From the human T2T-CHM13v2.0 reference genome, Homo sapiens: DNA of 64,000 bases. Shown piece after piece: positions 51,690-64,000 of this stretch. The stretch lies in the NCBI RefSeq assembly GCF_009914755.1, contig NC_060943.1, one strand, 5' to 3'. The notes below the pieces were generated by a model that made no database searches, had not been told where the DNA came from, and worked only from the letters and a program-made list of their open reading frames with translations. Positions within the stretch are counted from its first letter, which is position 1; each line of letters starts with the position of its first letter. Position numbers and translations under genes: made by a program.

Positions 51690-54600
51690 TCAGACCTCTT
51701 TGAGGCCTTCGTTGGAAACGGGATTTCTTCATATTATGCTAGACAGAAGAATTCTCAGTAACTTCCTTGTGTTGTGTGTATTCAACTCACAGAGTTGAAC
51801 GATCCTTTACACAGAGCAGACTTGAAACACTCTTTTTGTGGAATTTGCAAGTGGAGATTTCAGCCGCTTTGAGGTCAATGGTTGAAAAGGAAATATCTTC
51901 GTATAGAAACTAGACAGAATGATTCTGAGAAACTCCTTTGTGATGTGTGCGTTCAACTCACAGAGTTTAACCTTTCTTTTCATAGAGCAGTTAGGAAACA
52001 CTCTGTTTGTAAAGTCTGCAAGTGGATATTCAGACCTCCTTGAGGCCTTCGTTGGAAACGGGATTTCTTCTTATTATGCTAGACAGAAGAATTCTCAGTA
52101 ACTTCCTTGTGTTGTGTGTATTCAACTCACAGAGTTGAACGATCCTTTACACAGAGCAGACTTGAAACACTCTTTTTGTGGAATTTGCAAGTGGAGATAT
52201 CAGCCGCTTTGAGGTCAATGGTAGAATAGGAAATATCTTCCTATAGAAACTAGACAGAATGATTCTCAGAAACTCCTTTGTGATGTGTGCGTTCAACTCA
52301 CAGAGTTTAACCTTTCTTTTCATAGAGCAGTTAGGAAACACTCTGTTTGTAAAGTCTGCAAGTGGATATTCAGACATCCTTGAGGCTTTCGTTGGAAACG
52401 GGATTTCTTCATATTCTGCTAGAAAGAAGAATTCTCAGTAACTTCCTTGTGTTGTGTGTATTCAACTCACAGAGTTGAATGATCCTTTACTCAGAACAGT
52501 CTTGAAACACTCTTTTTGTGGAATTTGCAAGTGGAGATTTCAGCCGCTTTGAGGTCAATGGTAGAATAGGAAATATCTTCCTATAGAAACTAGACAGAAT
52601 GATTCTCAGAAACTCCTTTGTGATGTGTGCGTTCTACTCACAGAGTTTAACCTTTCTTTTCATAGAGCAGTTAGGAAACACTCTGTTTGTAAAGTCTGCA
52701 AGTGGATATTCAGACATCTTTGAGACTTTCGTTGGAAACGGGATTTCATCATATTCTGCTAGACAGAAGAATTCCCAGAAACTTCGTTGTGTTGTGTGTT
52801 TTCAACTCACAGAGTTCAACGATCCTTTACACAGAGTAGACTTGAAACACTCTTTTTGTGGAATTGGCAGGGTGGAGATTTCAGCCGCTTTGAGGAAAAT
52901 GGTAGAAAAGGAAATATCTTCGTATAAAAACTAGACAGAGTGATTCTCAGAAACTCCTTTGTGATGTGTGCGTTCAACTCACAGAGTTTAACCTTTCTTT
53001 TCATAGAGCAGTTAGGAAACACTCTGTTTGTAAAGTCTGCAAGTGGATATTCAGACCTCCTTGAGGCCTTCGTTGGAAACGGGATTTCTACATATTATGC
53101 TAGACAGAAGAATTCTCAGTAACTTCCTTGTGTTGTGTGTATTCAACTCACAGAGTTGAACGATCCTTTACACAGAGCAGACTTGAAACACTCTTTTTGT
53201 GGAATTTGCAAGTGGAGATTTCAGCCTCTTTGAGGTCAATGGTAGAATAGGAAATATCTTCCTATAGAAACTAGACAGAATGATTCTGAGAAACTCCTTT
53301 GTGATGTGTGCATTCAACTCACAGAGTTTAACCTTTCTTTTCATAGAGCAGTTAGGAAACACTCTGCTTGTAAAGTCTGCAAGTGGATACTCAGACCTCC
53401 TTGAGGCCTTCGTTGGAAACGGGATTTCTTCCTATTATGCTAGACAGAAGAATTCTCAGTAACTTCCTTGTGTTGTGTGTATTCAACTCACAGAGTTGAA
53501 TGATCCTTTACACAGAGCAGACTTGAAACACTCTTTTTGTGGAATTTGCAAGTGGAGATTTCAGCCGCTTTGAGGTCAATGGTAGAATAGGAAATAACTT
53601 CCTATAGAAAATAGACAGAATGATTCTCAGAAACTCCTTTATGATGTGTGCGTTCAACTCACAGAGTTTAACCTTTCTTTTCATAGAGCAGTTAGGAAAC
53701 ACTCTGTTTGTAAAGTCTGCAAGTGGATATTCAGACATCTTTGAGGCTTTCGTTGGAAACGGGATTTCTACATATTCTGCTAGACAGAAGAATTCTCAGA
53801 AACTTCGTTGTGTTGTGTGTTTTCAACTCACAGAGTTCAACGATACTTTACACAGAGTAGATTTGAAACACTCTTTTTGTGGAATTGGCAGGGTGGAGAT
53901 TTCAGCCGCTTTGAGGTCAATGGTAGAAAAGGAAATATCTTCGTATAAAAACTAGACAGAGTGATTCTCAGAAACTCCTTTGGGATGTCTGCGTTCAACT
54001 CACAGAGTTTAACCTTTCTTTTCATAGAGCAGTTAGGAAACACTCTGTTTGTAAAGTCTGCAAGTGGATATTCAGACCTCCTTGAGGCCTTCGTTGGAAA
54101 CGGGATTTCTTCATATTCTGCTATACAGAAGAATTCTCAGAAACTTCCTTGTGTTGTGTGTATTCAACTCACAGAGTTGAACGATCGTTTACACACAGCG
54201 GACTTGAGACACTCTTTTTGTGGAATTTGTAAGTGGAGATTTCAGCCGCTTTGAGGTCAATGGTAGAAAAGGAAATATCTTCATATAAAAACTAGACAGA
54301 ATGATTCTCAGAAACTCCTTTGTGATGTGTGCGTTCAACTCACAGAGTTTAACCTTTCTTTTCATAGAGCAGTTAGGAAACACTCTGTTTGTAAAGTCTG
54401 CAAGTGGATATTCAGACCTCTTTGAGGCCTTCGTTGGAAACGGGATTTCTTCATATTACGCTAGACAGAAGAATTCTCAGTAACTTCCTTGTGTTGTGTG
54501 TATTCAACTCACAGAGTTGAACGATCCTTTACACAGAGCAGACTTGAAACACTCTTTTTGTGGAATTTGCAAGTGGAGATTTCAGCCGCTTTGAGGTCAA

Positions 54601-57600
54601 TGGTAGAAAAGGAAATATCTTCGTATAAAAACTAGACAGAATGATTCTCAGAAACTCCTTTGTGATGTGTGCGTTCAACTCACAGAGTTTAACCTTTCTT
54701 TTCATAGAGCAGTTAGGAAACACTCTGTTTGTAAAGTCTGCAAGTGGATATTCAGACCTCCTTGAGGCCTTCGTTGGAAACGGGATTTCTTCATATTATG
54801 CTAGACACAAGAATTCTCAGTAACTTCCTTGTGTTGTGTGTATTCAACTCACAGAGTTGAACGATCCTTTACACAGAGCAGACTTGAAACACTCTTTTTG
54901 TGGAATTTGCAAGTGGAGATTTCAGCCGCTTTGAGTTCAATGGTAGAATAGGAAATATCTTCCTATAGAAACTAGACAGAATGATTCTCAGAAACTCCTT
55001 TGTGATGTGTGCGTTCAACTCACAGAGTTTAACCTTTCTTTTCATAGAGCAGTTAGGAAACACTCTGTTTGTAAAGTCTGCAAGTGGATATTCAGACATC
55101 TTTGAGGCTTTCGTTGGAAACGGGATTTCTTCATATTCTGCTAGACAGAAGAATTCTCAGTAACTTCCTTGTGTTGTGTGTATTCAACTCACAGAGTTGA
55201 ACGATCCTTTACACAGAGCAGACTTGAAACACTCTTTTTGTGGAATTTCCAAGTGGAGATTTCAGCCGCTTTGAGGTCAATGGTAGAATAGGAAATATCT
55301 TCCTATAGAAACTAGACAGAATGATTCTCAGAAACTCCTTTGTGATGTGTGCGTTCAACTCACAGAGTTTAACCTTTCTTTTCATAGAGCAGTTAGGAAA
55401 CACTCTGTTTGTAAAGTCTGCAAGTGGATATTCAGACATCCTTCACGCTTTCGTTGGAAACGGGATTTCTTCATTTTCTGCTAGAAAGAAGAATTCTCAG
55501 TAACTTCCTTGTGTTGTGTGTATTCAACTCACAGAGTTGAATGATCCTTTACACAGAACAGTCTTGAAACACTCTTTTTGTGGAATTTGCAAGTGGAGAT
55601 TTCAGCCGCTTTGATGTCAATGGTAGAATAGGAAATATCTTCCTATAGAAACTAGACAGAATGATTCTCAGAAACTCCTTTGTGATGTGTGCGTTCAACT
55701 CACAGAGTTCAACCTTTCTTTTCATAGAGCAGTTAGGAAACACTCTGTTTGTAAAGTCTGCAAGTGGATATTCAGACATCTTTGAGGCTTTCGTTGGAAA
55801 CGTGATTTCTTCATATTCTGCTAGACAGAAGAATTCTCAGAAACTTCGTTGTGTTGTGTGTTTTCAACTCACAGAGTTCAACGATCCTTTACACAGAGTA
55901 GACTTGAAACACTCTTTTTGTGGAATTGGCAGGGTGGAGATTTCAGCCGCTTTGAGGTCAATGGTAGAAAAGGAAATATCTTCGTATAAAAACTAGACAG
56001 AGTGATTCTCAGAAACTCCTTTGTGATGTCTGCGTTTAACTCACAGAGTTTAACCTTTCTTTTCATAGAGCAGTTAGGAAACACTCTGTTTGTAAAGTCT
56101 GCAAGTGGATATTCAGACCTCCTTGAGGCCTTCGTTGGAAACGGGATTTCTTCATATTATGCTAGACACAAGAATTCTCAGTAACTTCCTTGTGTTGTGT
56201 GTATTCAACTCACAGAGTTGAACGATCCTTTACACAGAGCAGACTTGAAACACTCTTTTTGTGGAATTTGCAAGTGGAGATTTCAGCCGCTTTGAGGTCA
56301 ATGGTAGAATAGGAAATATCTTCCTATAGAAACTAGACAGAATGATTCTCAGAAACTCCTTTGTGATGTGTGCGTTCAACTCACAGAGTTTAACCTTTCT
56401 TTTCATAGAGCAGTTAGGAAACACTCTGTTTGTAAAGTCTGCAAGTGGATATTCAGACATCTTTGAGGCTTTCGTTGGAAACGGGATTTCTTCATATTCT
56501 GCTAGACAGAAGAATTCTCAGTAACTTCCTTCTGTTGTGTGTATTCAACTCACAGAGTTGAACGATCCTTTACACAGAGCAGACTTGAAACACTCTTTTT
56601 GTGGAATTTGCAAGTGGAGATTTCAGCCGCTTTGAGGTCAATGGTAGAATAGGAAATATCTTCCTATAGAAACTAGACAGAATGATTCTCAGAAACTCCT
56701 TTGTGATGTGTGCGTTCAACTCACAGAGTTTAACCTTTCTTTTCATAGAGCAGTTAGGAAACACTCTGTTTGTAAAGTCTGCAAGTGGATATTCAGACAT
56801 CCTTGAGGCTTTCGTTGGAAACGGGATTTCTTCATATTCTGCTAGAAAGAAGAATTCTCAGTAACTTCCTTGTGTTGTGTGTATTCAACTCACAGAGTTG
56901 AATGATCCTTTACACAGAACAGTCTTGAAACACTCTTTTTGTGGAATTTGCTAGTGGAGATTTCAGCCGCTTTGATGTCAATGGTAGAATAGGAAATATC
57001 TTCCTATAGAAACTAGACAGAATGATTCTCAGAAACTCCTTTGTGATGTGTGCGTTCAACTCACAGAGTTTAACCTTTCTTTTCATAGAGCAGTTAGGAA
57101 ACACTCTGTTTGTAAAGTCTGCAAGTGGATATTCAGACATCTTTGAGGCTTTCGTTGGAAACGGGATTTCTTCATATTCTGCAAGACAGAAGAATTCTCA
57201 GAAACTTCGTTGTGTTGTGTGTTTTCAACTCACAGAGTTCAACGATCCTTTACACAGAGTAGACTTGAAACACTCTTTTTGTGGAATTGGCAGGGTGGAG
57301 ATTTCAGCCGCTTTGAGGTCAATGGTAGAAAAGGAAATATCTTCGTATAAAAACTAGACAGAGTGATTCTCAGAAACTCCTTTGTGATGTCTGCGTTTAA
57401 CTCACAGAGTTTAACCTTTCTTTTCATAGAGCAGTTAGGAAACACTCTGTTTGTAAAGTCTGCAAGTGGATATTCAGACCTCCTTGAGGCCTTCGTTGGA
57501 AACGGGATTTCTTCATATTATGCTAGACAGAAGAATTCTCAGTAACTTCCTTGTGTTGTGTGTATTCAACTCACAGAGTTGAACGATCCTTTACACAGAG

Positions 57601-60600
57601 CAGACTTGAAACACTCTTTTTGTGGAATTTGCAAGTGGAGATTTCAGCCGCTTTGAGGTCAATGGTAGAATAGGAAATATCTTCCTATAGAAACTAGACA
57701 GAATGATTCTCAGAAACTCCTTTGTGATGTGTGCGTTCAACTCACAGAGTTTAACCTTTCTTTTCATAGAGCAGTTAGGAAACACTCTGTTTGTAAAGTC
57801 TGCAAGTGGATACTCAGACCTCCTTGAGGCCTTCGTTGGAAACGGGATTTCTTCATATTATGCTAGACAGAAGAATTCTCAGTAACTTCCTTGTGTTGTG
57901 TGTATTCAACTCACAGAGTTGAACGATCCTTTACACAGAGCAGACTTGAAACACTCTTTTTGTGGAATTTGCAAGTGGAGATTTCAGCCGCTTTGAGTTC
58001 AATGGTAGAATAGGAAATATCTTCCTATAGAAACTAGACAGAATGATTCTCAGAAACTCCTTTGTGATGTGTGCGTTCAACTCACAGAGTTCAACCTTTC
58101 TTTTCATAGAGCAGTTGGGAAAAACTCTCTTTGTAAAGTCTGCAAGTGGATATTCAGACTTCTTTGAGGCCTTCGTTGGAAGCGGGGTTTCTTCATATTC
58201 TCCTAGACAGAAGAATTCTCAGTAACTTCCTTGTGTTGTGTGTATTCAACTCACAGAGTTGAACGATCCTTTACACAGAGCAGACTTGAAACACTCTTTT
58301 TGTGGAATTTGCAAGTGGAGATTTCAGCCGCTTTGAGGTCAATGGTAGAATAGGAAATATCTTCCTATAGAAACTAGACAGAATGATTCTCAGAAACTCC
58401 TTTGTGATGTGTGCGTTCAACTCACAGAGTTTAACCTTTCTTTTCATAGAGCAGTTAGGAAACACTCTGTTTGTAAAGTCTGCAAGTGGATACTCAGACC
58501 TCCTTGAGGCCTTCGTTGGAAACGGGATTTCTTCATATTATGCTAGACAGAAGAATTCTCAGAAACTTCCTTGTGTTGTGTGTATTCAACTCACAGAGTT
58601 GAACGATCCTTTACACAGAGCAGACTTGAAACACTCTTTTTGTGGAATTTGCAAGTGGAGATTTCAGCCGCTTTGAGTTCAATGGTAGAATAGGAAATAT
58701 CTTCCTATAGAAACTAGACAGAATGATTCTCAGAAACTCCTTTGTGATGTGTGCGTTCAACTCACAGAGTTCAACCTTTCTTTTCATAGAGCAGTTGGGA
58801 AAAACTCTCTTTGTAAAGTCTGCAAGTGGATATTCAGACTTCTTTGAGGCCTTCGTTGGAAGCGGGGTTTCTTCATATTCTCCTAGACAGAAGAATTCTC
58901 AGTAACTTCCTTGTGTTGTGTGTATTCAACTCACAGAGTTGAACGATCCTTTACACAGAGCAGACTTGAAACACTCTTTTTGTGGAATTTGCAAGTGGAG
59001 ATTTCAGCCGCTTTGAGGTCAATGGTAGAATAGGAAATATCTTCCTATAGAAACTAGACAGAATGATTCTCAGAAACTCCTTTGTGATGTGTGCGTTCAA
59101 CTCACAGAGTTTAACCTTTCTTTTCATAGAGCAGTTAGGAAACACTCTGTTTGTAAAGTCTGCAAGTGGATATTCAGACATCCTTGAGGCTTTCGTTGGA
59201 AACGGGATTTCTTCATATTCTGCTAGAAAGAAGAATTCTCAGTAACTTCCTTGTGTTGTGTGTATTCAACTCACAGAGTTGAACGATCCTTTACACAGAG
59301 CAGACTTGAAACACTCTTTTTGTGGAATTTGCAAGTGGAGATATCAGCCGCTTTGAGGTCAATGGTAGAATAGGAAATATCTTCCTATAGAAACTAGACA
59401 GAATGATTCTCAGAAACTCCTTTGTGATGTGTGCGTTCAACTCACAGAGTTTAACCTTTCTTTTCATAGAGCAGTTAGGAAACACTCTGTTTGTAAAGTC
59501 TGCAAGTGGATATTCAGACATCTTTGAGGCTTTCGTTGGAAACGGGATTTCTTCATATTCTGCTAGACAGAAGAATTCTCAGTAACTTCCTTCTGTTGTG
59601 TGTATTCAACTCACAGAGTTGAACGATCCTTTACACAGAGCAGACTTGAAACACTCTTTTTGTGGAATTTGCAAGTGGAGATTTCAGCCGCTTTGAGGTC
59701 AATGGTAGAATAGGAAATATCTTCCTATAGAAACTAGACAGAATGATTCTCAGAAACTCCTTTGTGATGTGTGCGTTCAACTCACAGAGTTTAACCTTTC
59801 TTTTCATAGAGCAGTTAGGAAACACTCTGTTTGTAAAGTCTGCAAGTGGATATTCAGACATCCTTGAGGCTTTCGTTGGAAACGGGATTTCTTCATATTC
59901 TGCTAGAAAGAAGAATTCTCAGTAACTTCCTTGTGTTGTGTGTATTCAACTCACAGAGTTGAATGATCCTTTACACAGAACAGTCTTGAAACACTCTTTT
60001 TGTGGAATTTGCTAGTGGAGATTTCAGCCGCTTTGATGTCAATGGTAGAATAGGAAATATCTTCCTATAGAAACTAGACAGAATGATTCTCAGAAACTCC
60101 TTTGTGATGTGTGTGTTCAACTCACAGAGTTTAACCTTTCTTTTCATAGAGCAGTTAGGAAACACTCTGTTTGTAAAGTCTGCAAGTGGATATTCAGACA
60201 TCCTTGAGGCTTTCGTTGGAAACGGGATTTCTTCATATTCTGCTAGAAAGAAGAATTCTCAGTAACTTCCTTGTGTTGTGTGTATTCAACTCACAGAGTT
60301 GAACGATCCTTTACACAGAGCAGACTTGAAACACTCTTTTTGTGGAATTTGCAAGTGGAGATATCAGCCGCTTTGAGGTCAATGGTAGAATAGGAAATAT
60401 CTTCCTATAGAAACTAGACAGAATGATTCTCAGAAACTCCTTTGTGATGTGTGCGTTCAACTCACAGAGTTTAACCTTTCTTTTCATAGAGCAGTTAGGA
60501 AACACTCTGTTTGTAAAGTCTGCATGTGGATATTCAGACATCTTTGAGGCTTTCGTTGGAAACGGGATTTCTTCATATTCTGCTAGACAGAAGAATTCTC

Positions 60601-63600
60601 AGTAACTTCCTTCTGTTGTGTGTATTCAACTCACAGAGTTGAACGATCCTTTACACAGAGCAGACTTGAAACACTCTTTTTGTGGAATTTGCAAGTGGAG
60701 ATTTCAGCCGCTTTGAGGTCAATGGTAGAAAAGGAAATATCTTCGTATAAAAACTAGACAGAGTGATTCTCAGAAACTCCTTTGGGATGTCTGCGTTCAA
60801 CTCACAGAGTTTAACCTTTCTTTTCATAGAGCAGTTAGGAAACACTCTGTTTGTAAAGTCTGCAAGTGGATATTCAGACCTCCTTGAGGCCTTCGTTGGA
60901 AACGGGATTTCTTCATATTCTGCTATACAGAAGAATTCTCAGAAACTTCCTTGTGTTGTGTGTATTCAACTCACAGAGTTGAACGATCGTTTACACACAG
61001 CAGACTTGAGACACTCTTTTTGTGGAATTTGTAAGTGGAGATTTCAGCCGCTTTGAGGTCAATGGTAGAAAAGGAAATATCTTCATATAAAAACTAGACA
61101 GAATGATTCTCAGAAACTCCTTTGTGATGTGTGCGTTCAACTCACAGAGTTTAACCTTTCTTTTCATAGAGCAGTTAGGAAACACTCTGTTTGTATAGTC
61201 TGCAAGTGGATATTCAGACCTCTTTGAGGCCTTCGTTGGAAACGGGATTTCTTCATATTATGCTAGACAGAAGAATTCTCAGTAACTTCCTTGTGTTGTG
61301 TGTATTCAACTCACAGAGTTGAACGATCCTTTACACAGAGCAGACTTGAAACACTCTTTTTGTGGAATTTGCAAGTGGAGATTTCAGCCGCTTTGAGGTC
61401 AATGGTAGAAAAGGAAATATCTTCGTATAAAAACTACACAGAATGATTCTCAGAAACTCCTTTGTGATGTGTGCGTTCAACTCACAGAGTTTAACCTTTC
61501 TTTTCATAGAGCAGTTAGGAAACACTCTGTTTGTAAAGTCTGCAAGTGGATATTCAGACCTCCTTGAGGCCTTCGTTGGAAACGGGATTTCTTCATATTA
61601 TGCTAGACACAAGAATTCTCAGTAACTTCCTTGTGTTGTGTGTATTCAACTCACAGAGTTGAACGATCCTTTACACAGAGCAGACTTGAAACACTCTTTT
61701 TGTGGAATTTGCAAGTGGAGATTTCAGCCGCTTTGAGGTCAATGGTAGAATAGGAAATATCTTCCTATAGAAACTAGACAGAATGATTCTGAGAAACTCC
61801 TTTGTGATGTGTGCGTTCAACTCACAGAGTTTAACCTTTCTTTTCATAGAGCAGTTAGGAAACACTCTGTTTGTAAAGTGTGCAAGTGGATATTCAGACC
61901 TCCTTGAGGCCTTCGTTGGAAACGGGATTTCTTCATATTATGCTAGACAGAAGAATTCTCAGTAACTTCCTTGTGTTGTGTGTATTCAACTCACAGAGTT
62001 GAACGATCCTTTACACAGAGCAGACTTGAAACACTCTTTTTGTGGAATTTGCAAGTGGAGATATCAGCCGCTTTGAGGTCAATGGTAGAATAGGAAATAT
62101 CTTCCTATAGAAACTAGACAGAATGATTCTCAGAAACTCCTTTGTGATGTGTGCGTTCTACTCACAGAGTTTAACCTTTCTTTTCATAGAGCAGTTAGGA
62201 AACACTCTGTTTGTAAAGTCTGCAAGTGGATATTCAGACATCTTTGAGACTTTCGTTGGAAACGGGATTTAATCATATTCTGCTAGACAGAAGAATTCCC
62301 AGAAACTTCGTTGTGTTGTGTGTTTTCAACTCACAGAGTTCAACGATCCTTTACACAGAGTAGACTTGAAACACTCTTTTTGTGGAATTGGCAGGGTGGA
62401 GATTTCAGCCGCTTTGAGGTCAATGGTAGAAAAGGAAATATCTTCGTATAAAAACTAGACAGAGTGATTCTCAGAAACTCCTTTGTGATGTGTGCGTTCA
62501 ACTCACAGAGTTTAACCTTTCTTTTCATAGAGCAGTTAGGAAACACTCTGTTTGTAAAAGTCTGCAAGTGGATATTCAGACATCCTTGAGGCTTTCGTTG
62601 GAAACGGGATTTCTTCATATTCTGCTAGAAAGAAGAATTCTCAGTAACTTCCCTGTGTTGTGTGTATTCAACTCACAGAGTTGAACGATCCTTTACAGAG
62701 AGCAGACTTGAAACACTCTTTTTGTGGAATTTGCAAGTGGAGATTTCAGCCGCTTTGAGGTCAATGGTAGAATAGGAAATATCTTCCTATAGAAACTAGA
62801 CAGAATGATTCTCAGAAACTCCTTTGTGATGTGTGCGTTCAACTCACAGAGTTTAACCTTTCTTTTCATAGAGCAGTTAGGAAACACTCTGTTTGTAAAG
62901 TCTGCAAGTGGATATTCAGACCTCCTTGAGGCCTTCGTTGGAAACGGGATTTCTACATATTATGCTAGACAGAAGAATTCTCAGTAACTTCCTTGTGTTG
63001 TGTGTATTCAACTCACAGAGTTGAACGATCATTTACACAGAGCAGACTTGAAACACTCTTTTTGTGGAATTTGCAAGTGGAGATATCAGCCGCTTTGAGG
63101 TCAATGGTAGAATAGGAAATATCTTCCTATAGAAACTAGACAGAATGATTCTCAGAAACTCCTTTGTGATGTGTGCGTTCAACTCACAGAGTTTAACCTT
63201 TCTTTTCATAGAGCAGTTAGGAAACACTCTGTTTGTAAAGTCTGCAAGTGGATATTCGGACATCTTTGAGGCTTTCGTTGGAAACGGGATTTCTTCATAT
63301 TCTGCTAGACAGAAGAATTCTCAGTAACTTCCTTCTGTTGTGTGTATTCAACTCACAGAGTTGAACGATCCTTTACACAGAGCAGACTTGAAACACTCTT
63401 TTTGTGGAATTTGCAAGTGGAGATTTCAGCCGCTTTGAGGTCAATGGTAGAATAGGAAATATCTTCCTATAGAAACTAGACAGAATGATTCTCAGAAACT
63501 CCTTTGTGATGTGTGCGTTCAACTCACAGAGTTTAACCTTTCTTTTCATAGAGCAGTTAGGAAACACTCTGTTTGTAAAGTCTGCAAGTGGATATTCAGA

Positions 63601-64000
63601 CATCCTTGAGGCTTTCGTTGGAAACGGGATTTCTTCATATTCTGCTAGAAAGAAGAATTCTCAGTAACTTCCTTGTGTTGTGTGTATTCAACTCACAGAG
63701 TTGAATGATCCTTTACACAGAACAGTCTTGAAACACTCTTTTTGTGGAATTTGCTAGTGGAGATTTCAGCCGCTTTGATGTCAATGGTAGAATAGGAAAT
63801 ATCTTCCTATAGAAACTAGACAGAATGATTCTCAGAAACTCCTTTGTGATGTGTGCGTTCAACTCACAGAGTTTAACCTTTCTTTTCATAGAGCAGTTAG
63901 GAAACACTCTGTTTGTAAAGTCTGCAAGTGGATATTCAGACATCCTTGAGGCTTTCCTTGGAAACGGGATTTCTTCATATTCTGCTAGAAAGAAGAATTC
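51690..64000 (+). repeat. Near-identical copy of about 15970-27604 (offsets 35716 then 36396), running off the window end
   Basis: 16203/51919 (GGTTGAAAAGG), 17904/53620 (AATAACTT, GATACTTT), 18925/55321 (CTTCACGC), 19265/55661 (AACGTGA), 21647/58043, 23687/60083 (GTGTGTGTTC), 24027/60423, +A at about 62557, 26749/63145 (TTCGGACA). Confidence 0.92.

Larger units (their letters stand above)
1..64000 (+). repeat. Alpha satellite array, SF1 dimeric (J1/J2) 340-bp unit, D1Z7/D5Z2/D19Z3-like (S1C1/5/19H1L) live centromeric array, about 188 dimers
   Basis: ATTCTCAG landmark at 50, 221 and 390 gives alternating 171/169-bp monomers. The same ORF recurs every 340 (occasionally 341) bp from 218 to 63825. 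There is a CENP-B box in every second monomer and GAATTC once per dimer, and dimers differ by only a few substitutions. Alpha satellite identity is certain. The family assignment is from recognition of the sequence, and chr1, 5 and 19 cannot be told apart by eye. Confidence 0.97.

Noticed and set aside
3161-51695. General clustering of rearrangement junctions at CENP-B boxes
   Set aside because: Only the 10210-10237 junction clearly overlaps a box. Others (3161-3211, 16186-16190, 18515-18539, 26636-26688, 30492-30498, 36780-36850) fall at varied phases.
106-63943. Hundreds of 60-124 aa ORFs on both strands (MILRNSF..., MFPNCSMKRK..., MSEYPLADF...)
   Set aside because: These are translations of the satellite unit recurring every 340 bp. 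Lengths change with random stop and frameshift variants, and there is no gene structure. Similar database 'proteins' would be spurious alphoid translations.
1-64000. CRISPR-like regular repeat array
   Set aside because: There are no unique spacers: the entire unit is repeated, and there are no cas genes.
1-64000. Transposon insertion, inversion or array edge
   Set aside because: Dimer phase is continuous on one strand throughout (187x340+27), leaving no room for inserted or inverted sequence.
1-64000. Assignment to a specific chromosome (1, 5 or 19) or to the CENP-A/CDR domain
   Set aside because: The array family is shared among these chromosomes, and chromatin state cannot be read from sequence. 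This needs mapping and methylation/CENP-A data.

Overview
The whole 64 kb window is one uninterrupted, head-to-tail array of primate (almost certainly human) centromeric alpha satellite. The unit is a 340-bp dimer (171 + 169 bp monomers, about 188 copies) with one EcoRI site and one CENP-B box per dimer. This matches the suprachromosomal family 1 (J1/J2) dimeric live array shared by chromosomes 1, 5 and 19 (D1Z7/D5Z2/D19Z3-type). I see no genes, transposons, inversions or unique sequence, and all ORFs in the track are by-products of the repeat. Diagnostic substitutions reveal hidden hierarchical order above the dimer. A 23-dimer (46-monomer, 7,823 bp) cycle is present once in full at about 36.95-44.78 kb and appears to be built from four diverged 5-6-dimer subunits. 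The rest of the window consists of in-register deletion and duplication derivatives (680, 1020, 2041/1701, 2381, 3060 and 3742 bp periods) and 5-12 kb near-identical blocks repeated 35-46 kb apart. All of this was read by eye, using the ORF track as a dimer fingerprint, so boundaries are approximate. I find no evidence for a new protein-coding system.
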